DNA from: Gekko japonicus
Taxonomy: Eukaryota
Assembly (NCBI RefSeq): GCF_001447785.1
Contig: NW_015173128.1
Span: 735,697 to 799,696, forward strand
DNA length: 64,000 bases
Direction of reading: 5' to 3'
In this document: positions 12,201 to 55,580 of the stretch, piece after piece
Layout of the letters: every line of letters starts with the position of its first letter
How positions within the stretch are numbered: position 1 is the stretch's first letter
The notes under the pieces: generated by a model
The model's database searches: none
Seen by the model: the letters and a program-made list of their open reading frames with translations, nothing else
Told to the model about the DNA's origin: nothing
Translations under genes and position numbers: made by a program

Positions 12201-14910
12201 CTGGAGTAAGCCTCCAGTGAACAGGGCTCACTAGGATTTTGAGTAGATTTGCTTGGGGCTACAGCCTTAGGTTTCTAGAAGCAAAGTGCAAATATACCCA
12301 ATACCAGAGAGAGAGAGAATGCTGCACACTTTTGTACCTTATGCTACCTTAGCCATGTGTCTTAATTTTTGCTGTCCAAGAAAAAATGGTTGAAAATAGA
12401 AAAAAATGTTCTGTTAAACACACAAAAAAGTGTTATTTGGACAGAACAGTCCTATACAGCCACAGTAGGACTGGCAGCATATTTAGACATTAAGTTTTCT
12501 ACTCTTCAAGACTTACAACTCTCCCTATACTGAACTCTTCCATTATCACCATCATACACATTATAGCATATTGATGGTGAACAACATTTGTCATTGTAAT
12601 GATTCCTTGTTTTTGTGTGTGTGTGTCTCTTTAAAAGTTTGGTTGCATGGCTGTGGTAGATTGACTAGAGCGGTTGAGAGAGGCAAGTGTGATATGATTG
12701 GTGGTTGACAGAGAAGGGGAGGGGTTTTGGAAGTGAATCTGGGTGGATGAGTATGTGAGTCAGTCAGGAATTTCAGTTACAAGTTGACAGTTGATGTAGA
12801 CAAGCAGTTCTGTGTTGAAGCAGTTAGAAGCTGACAGCTGAGGTTGTTCCGTGAGAAAGAGAAAGAGAGCTGAAAGCTGAGTGTATAGGAAAAAGTAAAG
12901 TTTAAGAGAAGAAAAGTTAAAGGAAAGTCTGAGTGTCATAATAAACTGGAGTGAAACAGTGAACATATATGGCATTGAGATAAACAAGTGTTACAAAGTT
13001 ACATGAAAAGATCCCTGTCAGTGAGGGATAAGATTGTGTGTGATACCAAAGCAATTGTTCACCATTTACACATTACTAGTTACAGTGTACCACCCTCTTA
13101 TTTAGTAGTTATTTCAATAAATCCTATTTTATCCAAGTTTATACCAGCTCTGAATGAAATACTTCCCAGGACCACATAGTTCCTCGTAAGCCTTAAACTC
13201 GGTCTACCAAACTAGTAAGAGCAAAAGTAAAAGCATAAAGGTTTGGAAATCCTTAAAATTTCCTGGTGGCAGCAAAAATACCCAGTTAAACAAAATAAAG
13301 AGAACTTTTAAAGTGAAACTAGTCCTCCCTAATAAGGAGGGTGTCACAGTCATATTTAAACAATAAATGATAATATTGTATATATCTATAATGTACACAT
13401 GAATTAGTATTCTCTAATGCTCTAGATAGTCTACAATTAAAAAAAATGGATTGTACATTCTGAGTGACTGAAACATCATCTTAAAAGCATTCGCTCATTC
13501 TAAAGAAGAGGTTTCACAATTTTTTTTTTAATGCTCCCCAGCATTTCCAGTTATTCCAGCAGAAAAATTGAAAGAAAATCTGTAGAGGGATGTTCACCTT
13601 TTCCTGGGCCTCCATATCTCTAGGTGGGAACATATCCATGGGTTTGCCCAACTTGTTCCTTACTAAGACTGTGAGACCAATATATGTGAGAAGGTGGATA
13701 AGTTTCAGTGACTTCAGGTATGAGTTACTGAAGGCAAACGTATCCGGTCTTGGACTTGCAACACAGTACTGGGCACAGGATTCAGCAACCTGGGAACTTC
13801 AGCTTTAATTTTTAAAATGTAAAAGCCGATTTGTAGCTGCCAAAGCTACAAAACAGGGATAAATGCATGCAGGTGAGATTGAGGAATATTGGACCCCAGA
13901 GAGGGGACTCAGCAAGATCGTCAGTGATTGGGAGGACTGAGTGGGTGGGAGAGAAGCCTTCAGTGCCTGGTACATTTTTGTCTCCCCACCCAGAACCCCC
14001 TTCCCTTCAACTAGGAGAAGCAGGATTGGTTTAGCTTTATATCACCCTTCCCCCAAGAACCTCAGGATGGTGTGCAAAATAAGAGCATGATTTATACAGG
14101 TTGCAGAATCTAAACTCCCTGCTTTTGTAAAAAAGCAGACTCAGTCGATAGCTCCACAATGCAGAATCCAAACTCCCTGCTTTTGTAAAAAAGCAGACTC
14201 AGTCCATAGCTCCACAATGCTAACCCAGCTTCCCCCCCCCATCGCCTGACAGTCAACAACCACCCAGACTACTCACACATGACATCCAGTACCACGGAGA
14301 TCTGAATGGACTCATCCCGGGCCAGCTTGCAGGTAAAGGAAACCCCATTGTCATCCATAGTGACAGGGGAGATGCAGATATTGCTGGCGTTCACTCGGTT
14401 TCCATCTTTCAGGTCAACCGTCCCGTCCTGCCGGAGCCACAGCAACTCCTCCTCATGGCTGTGATTCTGTACAGCGCACCAGAGGGACTGCATTAGGCCT
14501 GGCCTTGTAGGCAGCTTGTAGTCAGCGGTGTTAGCGTTAATGGTCAGCCCTACATCTGGGGAGAGAAAGGGATATTTTATTGCATACGTTGGGCATTAGA
14601 AGACTTGGACTACAGGGCAGACATAGAGCTTAATTCATTTCAAAAAAACAAACATAAATAGAGCCTCTCTGTTCCTTCCCAGCTCTCTTCCCCTACCAAA
14701 CATCAGCAGTTGACAGACTTTGATGGAAAGACAGAGGAGCAGGGATCTGCCACTGCTATGCTACCCGAACATTAAGCAGCTCTCTGTTCAAATACTCAGA
14801 TCTGGTTCTGCATTTCTGGCTCAATACCCACCTGCACCGGTGTACGACAAAAGCATTATTATGAGGATGGATGTTCTGAAAAGGAATCCTGGAATCACTT
14901 TTGGGGCCAT
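6181..14910 (-). CDS. TMIGD1: Transmembrane and immunoglobulin domain-containing protein 1, spliced CDS (14910-14832, 14555-14277, 11405-11127, 8899-8796, 6225-6181; 786 nt, 261 aa)
   Basis: Signal peptide, two 279-nt Ig exons, TM exon and C-terminal -TAL stop join in frame across GT-AG sites; lies head-to-head upstream of CPD, as in other amniotes. Confidence 0.92.
6906..7270. mobile_element. MITE, same TIR family
   Basis: Nearly identical to 25982-26351. Confidence 0.78.
7725..7915 (-). mobile_element. 5S rRNA-derived SINE (not a functional 5S gene)
   Basis: Reverse strand GCCCGATCTCGTCAGCTCTTGGAAGCTAAGCAGGGTCAGCCTTGGTTAGT resembles 5S and is followed by non-5S body; degraded relative at ~61030-61230 (+). 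Confidence 0.75.
8189..8760 (+). mobile_element. Chimeric retroelement (Sauria-like head, L2-like tail)
   Basis: GGGAGCGGTGGCGC head, GGTTCGAAAGC..GAGTAGATAAAT core, TGTAAATCGCTCT...AGAGCGATT hairpin, (TAT)n tail. Confidence 0.6.
8796..8899 (-). CDS. TMIGD1: TMIGD1 transmembrane exon
   Basis: FPMEAVIAAAVVVALTIFFAIVARREAILK followed by gtaaga donor. Confidence 0.9.
9455..9802 (+). mobile_element. CR1 LINE 3' fragment
   Basis: KYFFTQRVINTWNSLPQEVV...FKRELDKHME and (TTCTTATG) tail; same family at ~9050-9220, 27385-27635 and 41420-41730. Confidence 0.8.
10006..10315 (+). pseudogene. NEUROD6: Captured internal fragment of NEUROD6 coding sequence (region after the bHLH domain)
   Basis: Translation [27 protein letters not shown]...YHSPEL...SAYESFYESTSPECASP.FEGPLSPPP.NY is near-identical to recalled NEUROD6; no bHLH, native start, native stop or polyA. 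Confidence 0.9.
10384..10554. mobile_element. hAT-type MITE
   Basis: TIRs TAGGGCTGCCAG / CTGGCATCCCTA and exact 8-bp TSD TGGAAGAA; near-identical interior at ~61637-61843. Confidence 0.85.
11127..11405 (-). CDS. TMIGD1: TMIGD1 Ig domain 2 exon
   Basis: VTLSCHVKANPPAQMVWYK...DGGLYTCEA; 279 nt, phase 1-1. Confidence 0.93.
12595..13348 (+). mobile_element. Solo LTR
   Basis: TG...CA termini with exact 5-bp TSD GTCAT (12590-12594, 13349-13353); internal AATAAA. Confidence 0.8.
14102..14220. repeat. 58-bp tandem duplication
   Basis: TGCAGAATC.AAACTCCCTGCTTTTG...GCTCCACAA twice, with 2 mismatches. Confidence 0.9.
14277..14555 (-). CDS. TMIGD1: TMIGD1 Ig domain 1 exon
   Basis: SLWCAVQNHSHEEELLWLR...DDNGVSFTCKL; cccag acceptor and gtgagt donor; 279 nt. 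Confidence 0.93.
14832..14910 (-). CDS. TMIGD1: TMIGD1 first coding exon, signal peptide MAPKVIPGFLFRTSILIIMLLSYTGA
   Basis: ATG at 14910, hydrophobic leader, phase-1 donor G|gtgggt; upstream acceptor ttgcag places the exon start at 14933. Confidence 0.85.
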
Positions 14911-15574
14911 CTGAGAAGCGATCCGGTCAAGATCTGCAACAGGCAGGGGGCAAGAGAGCGTCACGGCTACTGCAGACACCCTGCAAATTCAGCTGAATTC
15001 AACCCACAATCGCTATCATCCGTACACCCACAGACCAAGCTGAACAAGGCAATGCGCCTTGTATGCCAGCAAACAAACTGGAGAAAGACTTCTTGAAGCC
15101 TACTGAGACTTTCATCCCGGGAGTAATTTGCAGGTAAAATTTCCTCTGAGTGAAAGCTGTGCCCAAGGGCCTTTAGAAAAGGACTTGTTGTTGTAGCCCC
15201 GTCATCATTGGCCTCCTCTCCTAGGCTTCCAAAGGGTGACACATACCTCACGAAGGGGCCCAGTGGCTTCAGTCTTGCAAAGAAGAGCAGAATGTAGCCT
15301 CCCTGGCTTTTATAGATGCTCAAACTTGCATGGCTTTATTGTAGGGCAGCATCAAATGAGTCAGATGAATCAAGTTCAAGGCCTCCTCTCTTTCAAGGAC
15401 TTCCTGGGTAAACACTTGCCTGAAAATGCTCCTTTCCCAGATTTATGGTTGGAGCTGAGGCAATGAGTAACAAGAAACTAATTGCATGTGACTGCTGATT
15501 TTGACCCCATAAGGTTGCACCCAGGCATCTCATGAATCATTATTTTTTTAAAAAATTGGTTAGGATTTCATCCA

Positions 15575-16413
15575 TTCCTTCCTCCAAGAAGCTCTGGGCA
15601 GCATACATGGGATTGTATGGAAGATCTTAACTGGTGTGCTGGACAGTGCAGGAGGAAGCAGTCCTTCAAGCAACCTGGCCCCAAGCTGTTCAGGGCCTTA
15701 CAGGTAAGAACTCGGAAGCAGACGGTCAGCAAGAGGAGATCTTTCAGTGCAGGGGTGACAGGTTTCCTGCATCGCACCCCTGACTGTAGCCTGTCACATT
15801 TTGGACCAGCTTTCGTTTCTGGACATTTTTCAATGCACACAATAATCTAATCTGGATGTGATCGGCCAGATCACTCTTTTCAAGGAACAACTTTAGCTGG
15901 CATATTAGCCAAAGTTGATAAAAGACGCTATGTGCCACCAAGGAGACCTGAGCTTTTAGCTGTAGGCCAGCGACTAGCAGCACCCTCAAGCTGTGAACCC
16001 CCAAACTTCAAAGAAGAGTGCAACACTCTCCAGGACAGGCTGACTCAATCCCATTGGCAAGCAGTACCTTGTTCTTATCTGGAGTGAGCTTCAGTTCATT
16101 TGCCCTCATCCATTCTATTACATTCTCCAAACACCTGTTCAGAACTTCCTCAGACCAACCCAACTAAGTTATTAAGGAGAAAGGGCTGGATGTCATTCAA
16201 ATATTAGTTGCACTTACTCCAGATCCCGAGACAATCTTTCCTGGTGGTTCCATGTAGGTGTTAAACAGCATGGGGGACAAGATCAAGCTCTGTGGGCCTC
16301 CATAGATAAATTCCATGGGGCGGAGTAGCTGTCCCCCAGCACCACCTTCTGGAACTGGCCAGGCAGGCAAGAGTGGAACCACTGAAGCATGGTGCCTCCT
16401 ACTCTCAACTTGG
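15575..16413 (-). mobile_element. Degraded L2/CR1-clade LINE RT fragment
   Basis: GGPQSLILSPMLFNTYMEP RT-like motif; L2-type 3' region. Confidence 0.65.
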
Positions 16414-16429
16414 CCAACTATGTAAGATA

Positions 16430-16760
16430 AAAGGTTAAAGTTCCCTTGCTCGAAAGCCAGTCAAATCTGACTCATCTCCGTTTCTAAGCCGAAGAGCCAG
16501 CGCTGTCTGAAGACGTTTCCATGGTCATGTGGCCAGCATGACTAAACACCAAGGGGCACGGAACGCTGTTACCTTCCCACTGAAGTGGTCCCTATTTATC
16601 TACTTGCAATGTCTTGCTTTCGAACTGCTAGGTTGGCAGGAGCTGGAACTAGAGACGGGAGCTCACTCTGTCATGCAGCACACTCGGGTCTCGAACTGCT
16701 GAACTACCGACCTTCCACAGCCTGCAGATCAGCGTCTTAACCACTTGAGCCACCGCTGCT
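16430..16760 (-). mobile_element. Full-length Sauria SINE
   Basis: tRNA head, core and ACCTTT tail; 16-bp TSD CCAACTATGTAAGATA. Confidence 0.88.
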
Positions 16761-19700
16761 CCAACTATGTAAGATAGCCACACCCAAAGCACCCCTGAAT
16801 CTCTCAGATGTGGACTGCGTGAGACTACCTAATCTTTCTGCAAGTGCTTTAATAAGAATTTTAGGAATAGTATTTCATCTTTTAATTTTAAGATAGCTAG
16901 GATAAGGGATGATATTTATATTTTTCTAATTTCATCTACACAGGCAACTATATTTGTATCACCCTGACTCATATTTACGCATTTCAAGAGTAATTAGATT
17001 GATTTTAAATACAAGTCGTAAAAGATAAACATGAGTGATCTTTGGCTGGGTTACAAGGTTTTCACTTTGCCCCTGGAATAAATAAAGTTCTGACGTCTCT
17101 TCAGTCAGAGGGCTATTCATTTATAGAGATTGGCTATTGAAGAGAACAGCTGTCTCGATATAGCTCTGTAGTTTAGAGGTTAATGTCTCCCTTTTGAACA
17201 GGCAAAGACACCCTTCATTTCCATGTGTCTGTTTTAAAAGGAATACTTCCCTTATGGGGGGAGCATAATACACCATTACAGGGGTCTAGACAATCTGTCT
17301 CCAAGTTGTGTAGCCACCACCTGCTCAAGCACCTTGCCCAAAAGAAGGAATGTTGGCCACTGGGCGGTAGTTATTTAGCTCGAGAGGGTCTAGGGTCACC
17401 TTCAGGAGGGGGTCTGATGACCACCCTCTTCAAAGCAGTTGGCTGCATACCCTTCCACAGAGCGGCATTTCTTACCTCTGGGACCCACTCAACTAACCCA
17501 ACCTGGCTAGACTCCACCAGCTATATTGAGTCTAGACGTGGTGGTGCTTTTGTAGCCTGTCCATTCAGCCTAACTGGGCTATGGTTGGGGTAATAAAAAG
17601 CACATTGGCATGCTCCCAAGTTAGAACCAGATGTGTTGAAGTGGGAGTGTACAGATGTAGCACTGAAGACTATAGCACTCTGATGATGATGCACCAGGAA
17701 AATCATTGTAGTGCTAATGAATGGCAGTATCTTTGCTGTTGTTGTTACTTTCCCTTGATAAAAAAAAGGGAAAATGTTAATTTTATCTATAGGAAAAGAA
17801 ACTGTCTTAAACTAAGTCAGCGCAGGACTAATCCAGGGCTAAGGGAGGCTCCTTGTCCCTCTGAGGCCAAATCCAGGTGATTCAGAGAAAAGCATCCCTC
17901 CAAGGAAGGGAAGAAAGACCACACATTTCTTTTCAGTTGGTTTCCTGTGGTCACCTTGAATGAACGCACCTAGCTTGGCTAAGAAACCCTCATGGATCTA
18001 CTTTCAGTTTTGCTGGCCCCGGTGCTGCTTGTCCACTAGAGGGAGTGGAAAGGCAAGATTTGGGATCAACAGCCCTCTGTATCAGCAGTGTATCTCTATG
18101 GAAAGTTTGGAAAATAACAGGCATTAAGTGGTCAGGAACCCCAAACTTAAGGCTTTCCTATTATAGCGATCCAACGTAGTATTGATCGAAATTTCACATG
18201 GCTGTATTAATCAAAAGAAATATGCAAAAACAAAGTTATATAATATACTTTTTAAAGAACAAAATGACACAAAACACTCTGAAAGATGCTTTTAATATTT
18301 ATAAGCAGCTTTTAAAAAACCACTATATGCTTTTTGCAAGAATTACTTCAGGAACCTCAACAACAATCTTGTCAAGTCAGTCAGTACTGTTATCCTTGAA
18401 TTACTGGGGCTGAGAAATGACATATTGCCTTGGGCCAAGCAGCAAGTTCACAACAGAGCTGAGTTCTGAAATGGGAACTTTCTAGCTTGTAGCTAATGAT
18501 GCTTATGATTATTGTGAGAAATGGGATAGTTAAGAACATAAGAAGAGCCCTGCTGGATCAAACCAAGGTCCATCTCCATCCAGCATCCTGTTTCACACAG
18601 TGGCCAACCAGTTCTTCTGGAGGGCCAACAACTGGGCATCGAGGCTGAGTTCTTCCTCTGATGTTGCCTCCTGGCACTGGGATTCAGAGGGTTAGTGCCT
18701 CTGAATGTGGAGCTTCCCCCTCAGTCACCATGTCTAGTAGCATTGATAGACTTCTCCTCTATGAATCTAACACCCTTTTAAGGTTGTTTATTCCTGTGGC
18801 CATCACTACATCATCTGGCAGCAAATTCCACATTTTAATCACTCTCTGTTCATTAAGTATTGTGGTGCACAAAGGACCCAGCTTCACCATGAGGCTCAAC
18901 CATAACTAACTTCAGGTCTGCAGAATGACAATTCTACAGTCAGGCAGAAAGATCATCACTTAATGCTGCACCATGAATGTTTCTGCCTTTTGATCTGAAG
19001 ACATCTGGCAACAGCCTATGTAAGAACCTGGAAGTAAAACAGCATGAACCATTAACCCTAAAGCTGTTTGCAGCTCCCAGCTACAGAAGCCAAAGGCAGA
19101 CAGGTGAAAGCAGCACAGTTGGAAGTGGTGTACTTTTTTGTGAAAATATGTCAGAACAGCCACCAAAAAAATAATCAATTAACGATTGCCAGTCAGGTCC
19201 AGAGTGTAACCCAAAACCTTACATGCCTGAAAAGATCTAGGTCATGATAAGCTGAAGAGATGCTCACTTTCCACATTCTAATCTCTCAACCTGAGACCTA
19301 GCTCAGATCAGGTTTCAGGCAGGTGAAAGGGGGAGAAAATACTCCCATGTGGCTTTCAAAGTGACAAGCAGCCAGGTCCACAACCCCAGGGGAAGTGAAA
19401 AATGGTTTTTATTATAAATTAGTATTTGACAAAAAGTAAGAATCCCAAAGACATACGATAAACCAGAAACTCATCCTTCCATAAAGACTATTTAGTACTC
19501 GCCTCACTGCAAACAGCATTACTAAATTCACACTGCCACTGAAATCAACAGGAAAACTGTTGCTCTCCCTTACTGTGGGGTATAATTCCATCATGTACAA
19601 AATATATTGAATTGTTTGCTTGGTAGCACTTCCTCCCTTGATCATTTTTTTTTTTAATAAAGACTTTGTGGTTCGATGTATTGCAGGAGCTGCATGCACA

Positions 19701-21349
19701 CACGCAACCAGGGATCTAAGGGATGGGCTTGACCAGTTTTAAGCTGAGGGTGAGTCACTTGTGGCATTAGTCCAATTCTAGAGGCAATGTTCCCACTGAG
19801 GAATACCTGACGGGTCAATGCCTTCTTCCTACCTCTCTATTTCCTTGATTTCACAACTGCACTCAAGTCTCAAGGAAACCTCTGCAGAGGTTTAGAATTA
19901 CAAGTGTTTTGTTTCCCAACTGCTCTGCTCAGCCAAGCAGGAACCACTCACAAACTTGACTGTAGAGTCCATATACAAAGTCCCTTTAGAAAATGACAGT
20001 ACTCTGACGAATGAAAGTCCAAATAGAAGGCATACACAGAGAACTATGGCTTAAAGTTATACCTTTCTGGTTACTTGTGAATTTCAAGCTTCCCTCCCCT
20101 CCCCTTCGTATGGGGTTTTATCTTCTGAGAATGGGAGAAAGGCTTCCTGCTATCAAGCAAATAAGAGTGTATTCTTATTTCAGACTCACATTCCACATCT
20201 GCTTTGGTGAAGCAAGATCTCAGTGGGTGTGATTATGTACTTTACTCTCCACTTTAGAGGTGCTGGAGAGTGGGTGACCTTCATTTCTTAGGTAAAGGGG
20301 CTAACATTGGCACATTGCAAGTGACACGGGACAAATGAAAACCTCACCACTTCCTTTCATTTAAAATGTGTATAAACTTGCCTCCTTCCAGACAGACTGT
20401 ATACAATACAAAATACTTAAAAACAGTACAAACCAATACTTTAAAAATTGTATTTAAACAGCCAGTAAACAATCACTCTGTTAGTAGCTATAAAAACAGT
20501 TGCTTTCTTGGCCAGAGTCAGACTGCCTTCAAAGCTTTCAAAAATAAGTCAGTTTTATAACCCTGCCAGAAGGCAGAGGCCCTCTGACCTCTTCTGGGAG
20601 ACTATCCAGCAAGTATGGGGCAGCCAGCAAAAAAGCTCAAGCCATTACGGAATGCGTCCTAGACAAAGGCAACTGGTAATGCCTTCTACGTATTAGAGAA
20701 CTCTACTTTAGTGCCTCAGGACCAGAGGACCACTCCCCAGAACCTCCAACATAAACCTGAACTGGTAAGAGAATACCATTTGAGTTTATACAGCATACCG
20801 GGCCATCAGCCAATCACTCAGAACATTTTTTCCCCAAATAACATTTTACTGAATGATGAACATAGAATACAGAGTCTTGAGAATTTGACAATATCTGAAA
20901 TTGCAATTAAAAAACTGAGTCATAGCTAGTGTATGTTGATCAGAAGTATATTTATTATTAAAGAAGGGGGGGAATAAAATAAAAAGAGAAAAGAGAAAGC
21001 GTCACTAAGCTACATAATCATGTTACTATCACCATAGATGTAGTTGATCTATTACACTTGGGATTTTACCTTGTTCCGTTAAATAGTCAATAATTGGGAG
21101 CCAAGTTGCAGAAAAGTTAGAAAGAGAGGAGGCAGAGGTGAGAGGAGAAGTGTTAATTGTTATTTTAGCAATGATGTAAAAGTCTCAAAGCTTCTTGTGC
21201 CAGAGACGTTTGGGGGAAGGTGTGTTTTTCCAATGAGTAGCAATTGCTGTTTGAGCAGCTGAGAGAAGGATGGGAACGATTTCTCTTTTGGGATGTGCAT
21301 GTTGCATGGTATTCCAACCATTCAAAAAAAGATTAGAGAGAGAGAGAGA

Positions 21350-21613
21350 GATTGGATTTATACCCCACCCTTCAGTACCTAAAGGAGTCTCAGAGCGGTT
21401 TACAATCTCCTTCCCTTCTTCTCCCCACAACAGATACCCTGTGAGGTAGGTGGGGCTAAGAGAGCTCTTCCAAGAACTGCTCCTGAGAGAACAGCTCTGA
21501 GAACTTGTGACTGACTCAAGGTCACACCAGCAGCTGCATGCAGAGGAGTGGGGAATCAAACATGGTTCTCCCAGATTAGAGTCCACACTCCTAACCACTT
21601 ACACCAAACTGGT
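21350..21613 (-). mobile_element. Squam3-like SINE nested in an L1 fragment
   Basis: Same family sequence; interrupts the L1 ORF2 remnant. Confidence 0.8.
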
Positions 21614-22063
21614 TCTAGCAAGAGAAGGGTGGATATTGAGACCTGTAGTAGATTCTATGCGTGTTAGAACCATGTCCCAGAAATTTTTGATTTGGGGGCA
21701 ATGTAGCCAGCAGTGAAGATTAGAACCAAAAGATCTGCATTTTTTCCAACATAAAGGAGTGAACCGTGAGTTTGAATGAGCCATTTTCCTAGGGGTTAGG
21801 TAACAATGGGACACTAGTTTAAAAGCTTGTAGTTTAATAGCAATTATTTTTGTGTTAAATGGGGGAGAGTGCCACAGAGTTCCAAAAAGCATCTGGAAGA
21901 ACTTCCCCACATGCTTTATGCCAAGCTGAGTGGTATGAGAGATGCATGTGGCTATCTAAATTGTTAAGAACGTTGTATAGGAAAGATATAAGATGTTTTT
22001 TGGGTTCCTGTGTGGGTTTTATTACGATTTCGAAGTCAGTTAGTGGTTGATAATGGATTTAAG

Positions 22064-22142
22064 GAAGACAGGAGGGCCTGGTGTGATGTGGTCCATGGGT
22101 CACGAAGAGTCGGACTCGACTGTGTGACTGAGCAACAACAAC
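22064..22142 (+). mobile_element. BovB/RTE 3' end
   Basis: CATGGGTCACGAAGAGTCGGACTCGACTG plus (CAA)n; 12-bp TSD AATGGATTTAAG; similar tails at ~23153-23262 and ~57631-57678. Confidence 0.8.
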
Positions 22143-23051
22143 AATGGATTTAAGATTAATTTGGGAGCAAAAGTGGGAGATTTGAAAGAATTAGAACCAT
22201 GGTATTTTGAAGCCCAGTTTGTTTTCCAGAGCAGATCTGTCAAGCAGTGCATGGTTGGAAGTAAGGTCTGTTAAGCAGAGAGCATTCGCGCAATGCAATG
22301 TGTTGAAAACAGAAGTGTTAAAAGTGGGGGGGGGGGAACCAACCTTGGTTAAGAAGAGGATGAAATCTAGATGTTGGAGGTAGAAGTTTTGATCTGAACT
22401 GGTCCAATGTGGAAAGTATTGCTAAGAGAAATTTACTCAGAACGTTTTTTAAACATTAATGCATCTTGAACTCAAGGGATGATTGCCATATTTTATCCCG
22501 AACACCTTATCTTAATTGTTCTCTGACCTCCATGTGATTTCTTACTCCTTTCCAAGGGTGAAATCCTTGTGATTGTTTCTGGAGAAGTAATGAAAATATC
22601 CATAACACTGCAACACTACCATTTCATTTTTTAAAAATAGCAGCTTTAAATTAAAAAAAGACCTCTACAGAGCTTATATTCATAATTCATGCCAATTTGA
22701 AAATTCACAGGTTTGGGTAGCTGCCTAAAGCTAAGGTGCTAAAATGCTTTTACTTTTTGAAAGACTTTCAATATTAATGTCTGAAATGGGAGACATACAA
22801 GCAACCACTTCTGCCTATAAGGGGAGGGAGTAAGTAAGGAGCAACGCTAATAATGCTTGGGGTGAGGAGAAATGCTGATTTTTTTTTCTATCTCCTAGTT
22901 TCCATGTATTGTATATCTGTTTCTGTACTCCTAATGGAACAAGATCTTGTCCATAATGGTGACAGTGTAATAAAAAGTGGTTAGCCTTATTAAAATTCAG
23001 TTGGGAGGGGGATATTCCTAAGAAACCTTGCGAACTTAAAACTGTTATTCA

Positions 23052-23385
23052 TAGATCCAGGTGAGCAGCCGTGTTGGTCTGAAGCAGTTGAACAAAGTTT
23101 GAGTCCAGCGGCACCTTTAAGACCAACAAAGTTTTATTCAAGGTGTGAGCTTAGCATGAAATTAAGCAAACTCCGGAGAACGGCGGAAGACAGGAGGGCG
23201 TGGCGTGATGTGGCCCATGGGTTCACGAAGAGTCGGACTCGACTGTGCAACTGATCAACAACATGAAGTTTCGTGTGCATGCACACGCACATCTGAAAAA
23301 GTGCGCGTGCACACGAACGTTCATACCTTGAATAAAACGTTGTTGCTCTTAAAGGTGCCACTGGACTCAAACTTTGTTCTACTGT
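23052..23385. mobile_element. Penelope-like inverted-repeat remnant with RTE tail inserted
   Basis: Inverted arms GAGTCCAG.GGCACCTTTAAGA / TCTTAAAGGTGCCACTGGACTC; degenerate CTGAA.AA..GCACACGAA core. Confidence 0.65.
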
Positions 23386-23907
23386 CATTCATAAGGGTGC
23401 ATTATACAGGGATAAGAGTCATGCACGACACGGGAAAAGTTTTCACGATGCCCCAAGACTCTAAACTGTAACAGCTAACGCCACCAGCCCCTTCGAAAGT
23501 ATTGCCCCGACGCGAACATCCCGAACCGGCTCTCTCTGCCCGATATGTTTTTCCCTGCCCATCCACTAAAGTCAGCCAGAACTCTCAAAGCTTGCCCGTC
23601 TTCTTTCGTCACCGCTTTCCCTGCCTCTCATTGGCCCCCTCCGTCTTCTCCCCGCCTCCTTCGCAGTCATCAACGCCTTTTCCCTGTTTCCGTTTGCTTC
23701 TTAACCCTTTCCCTTTCGCCGGTCTCGCCTAGGCTTTCCATTGCCATTGGCTGATTTTCCCATACCTCCTCCATTTTCCTATTGGCTTCCCTCCGCATCC
23801 CTTTCCCGATTGGCGCACTGCCCTTCCGTTCCCACCCAATCGGGTGTCGAGTCACCTCAGAGCACTTTTCCCCTCCACCGCGGCCTGCCTGAAGCTTTGA
23901 GGCGGAG

Positions 23908-55580
<31,673 letters not shown>

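Larger units (their letters stand above)
20935..22480 (-). mobile_element. Degraded L1 3' ORF2 fragment with nested SINE and RTE tail
   Basis: CWKKC...LHCWLHCPQIKNFW (L1 cysteine-rich motif) and AIATHWK. Confidence 0.75.

Noticed and set aside
19160-19300. Possible TMIGD1 non-coding first exon or HNF1-like site
   Set aside because: Only a donor-like motif and a partial site; cannot be supported without transcript data
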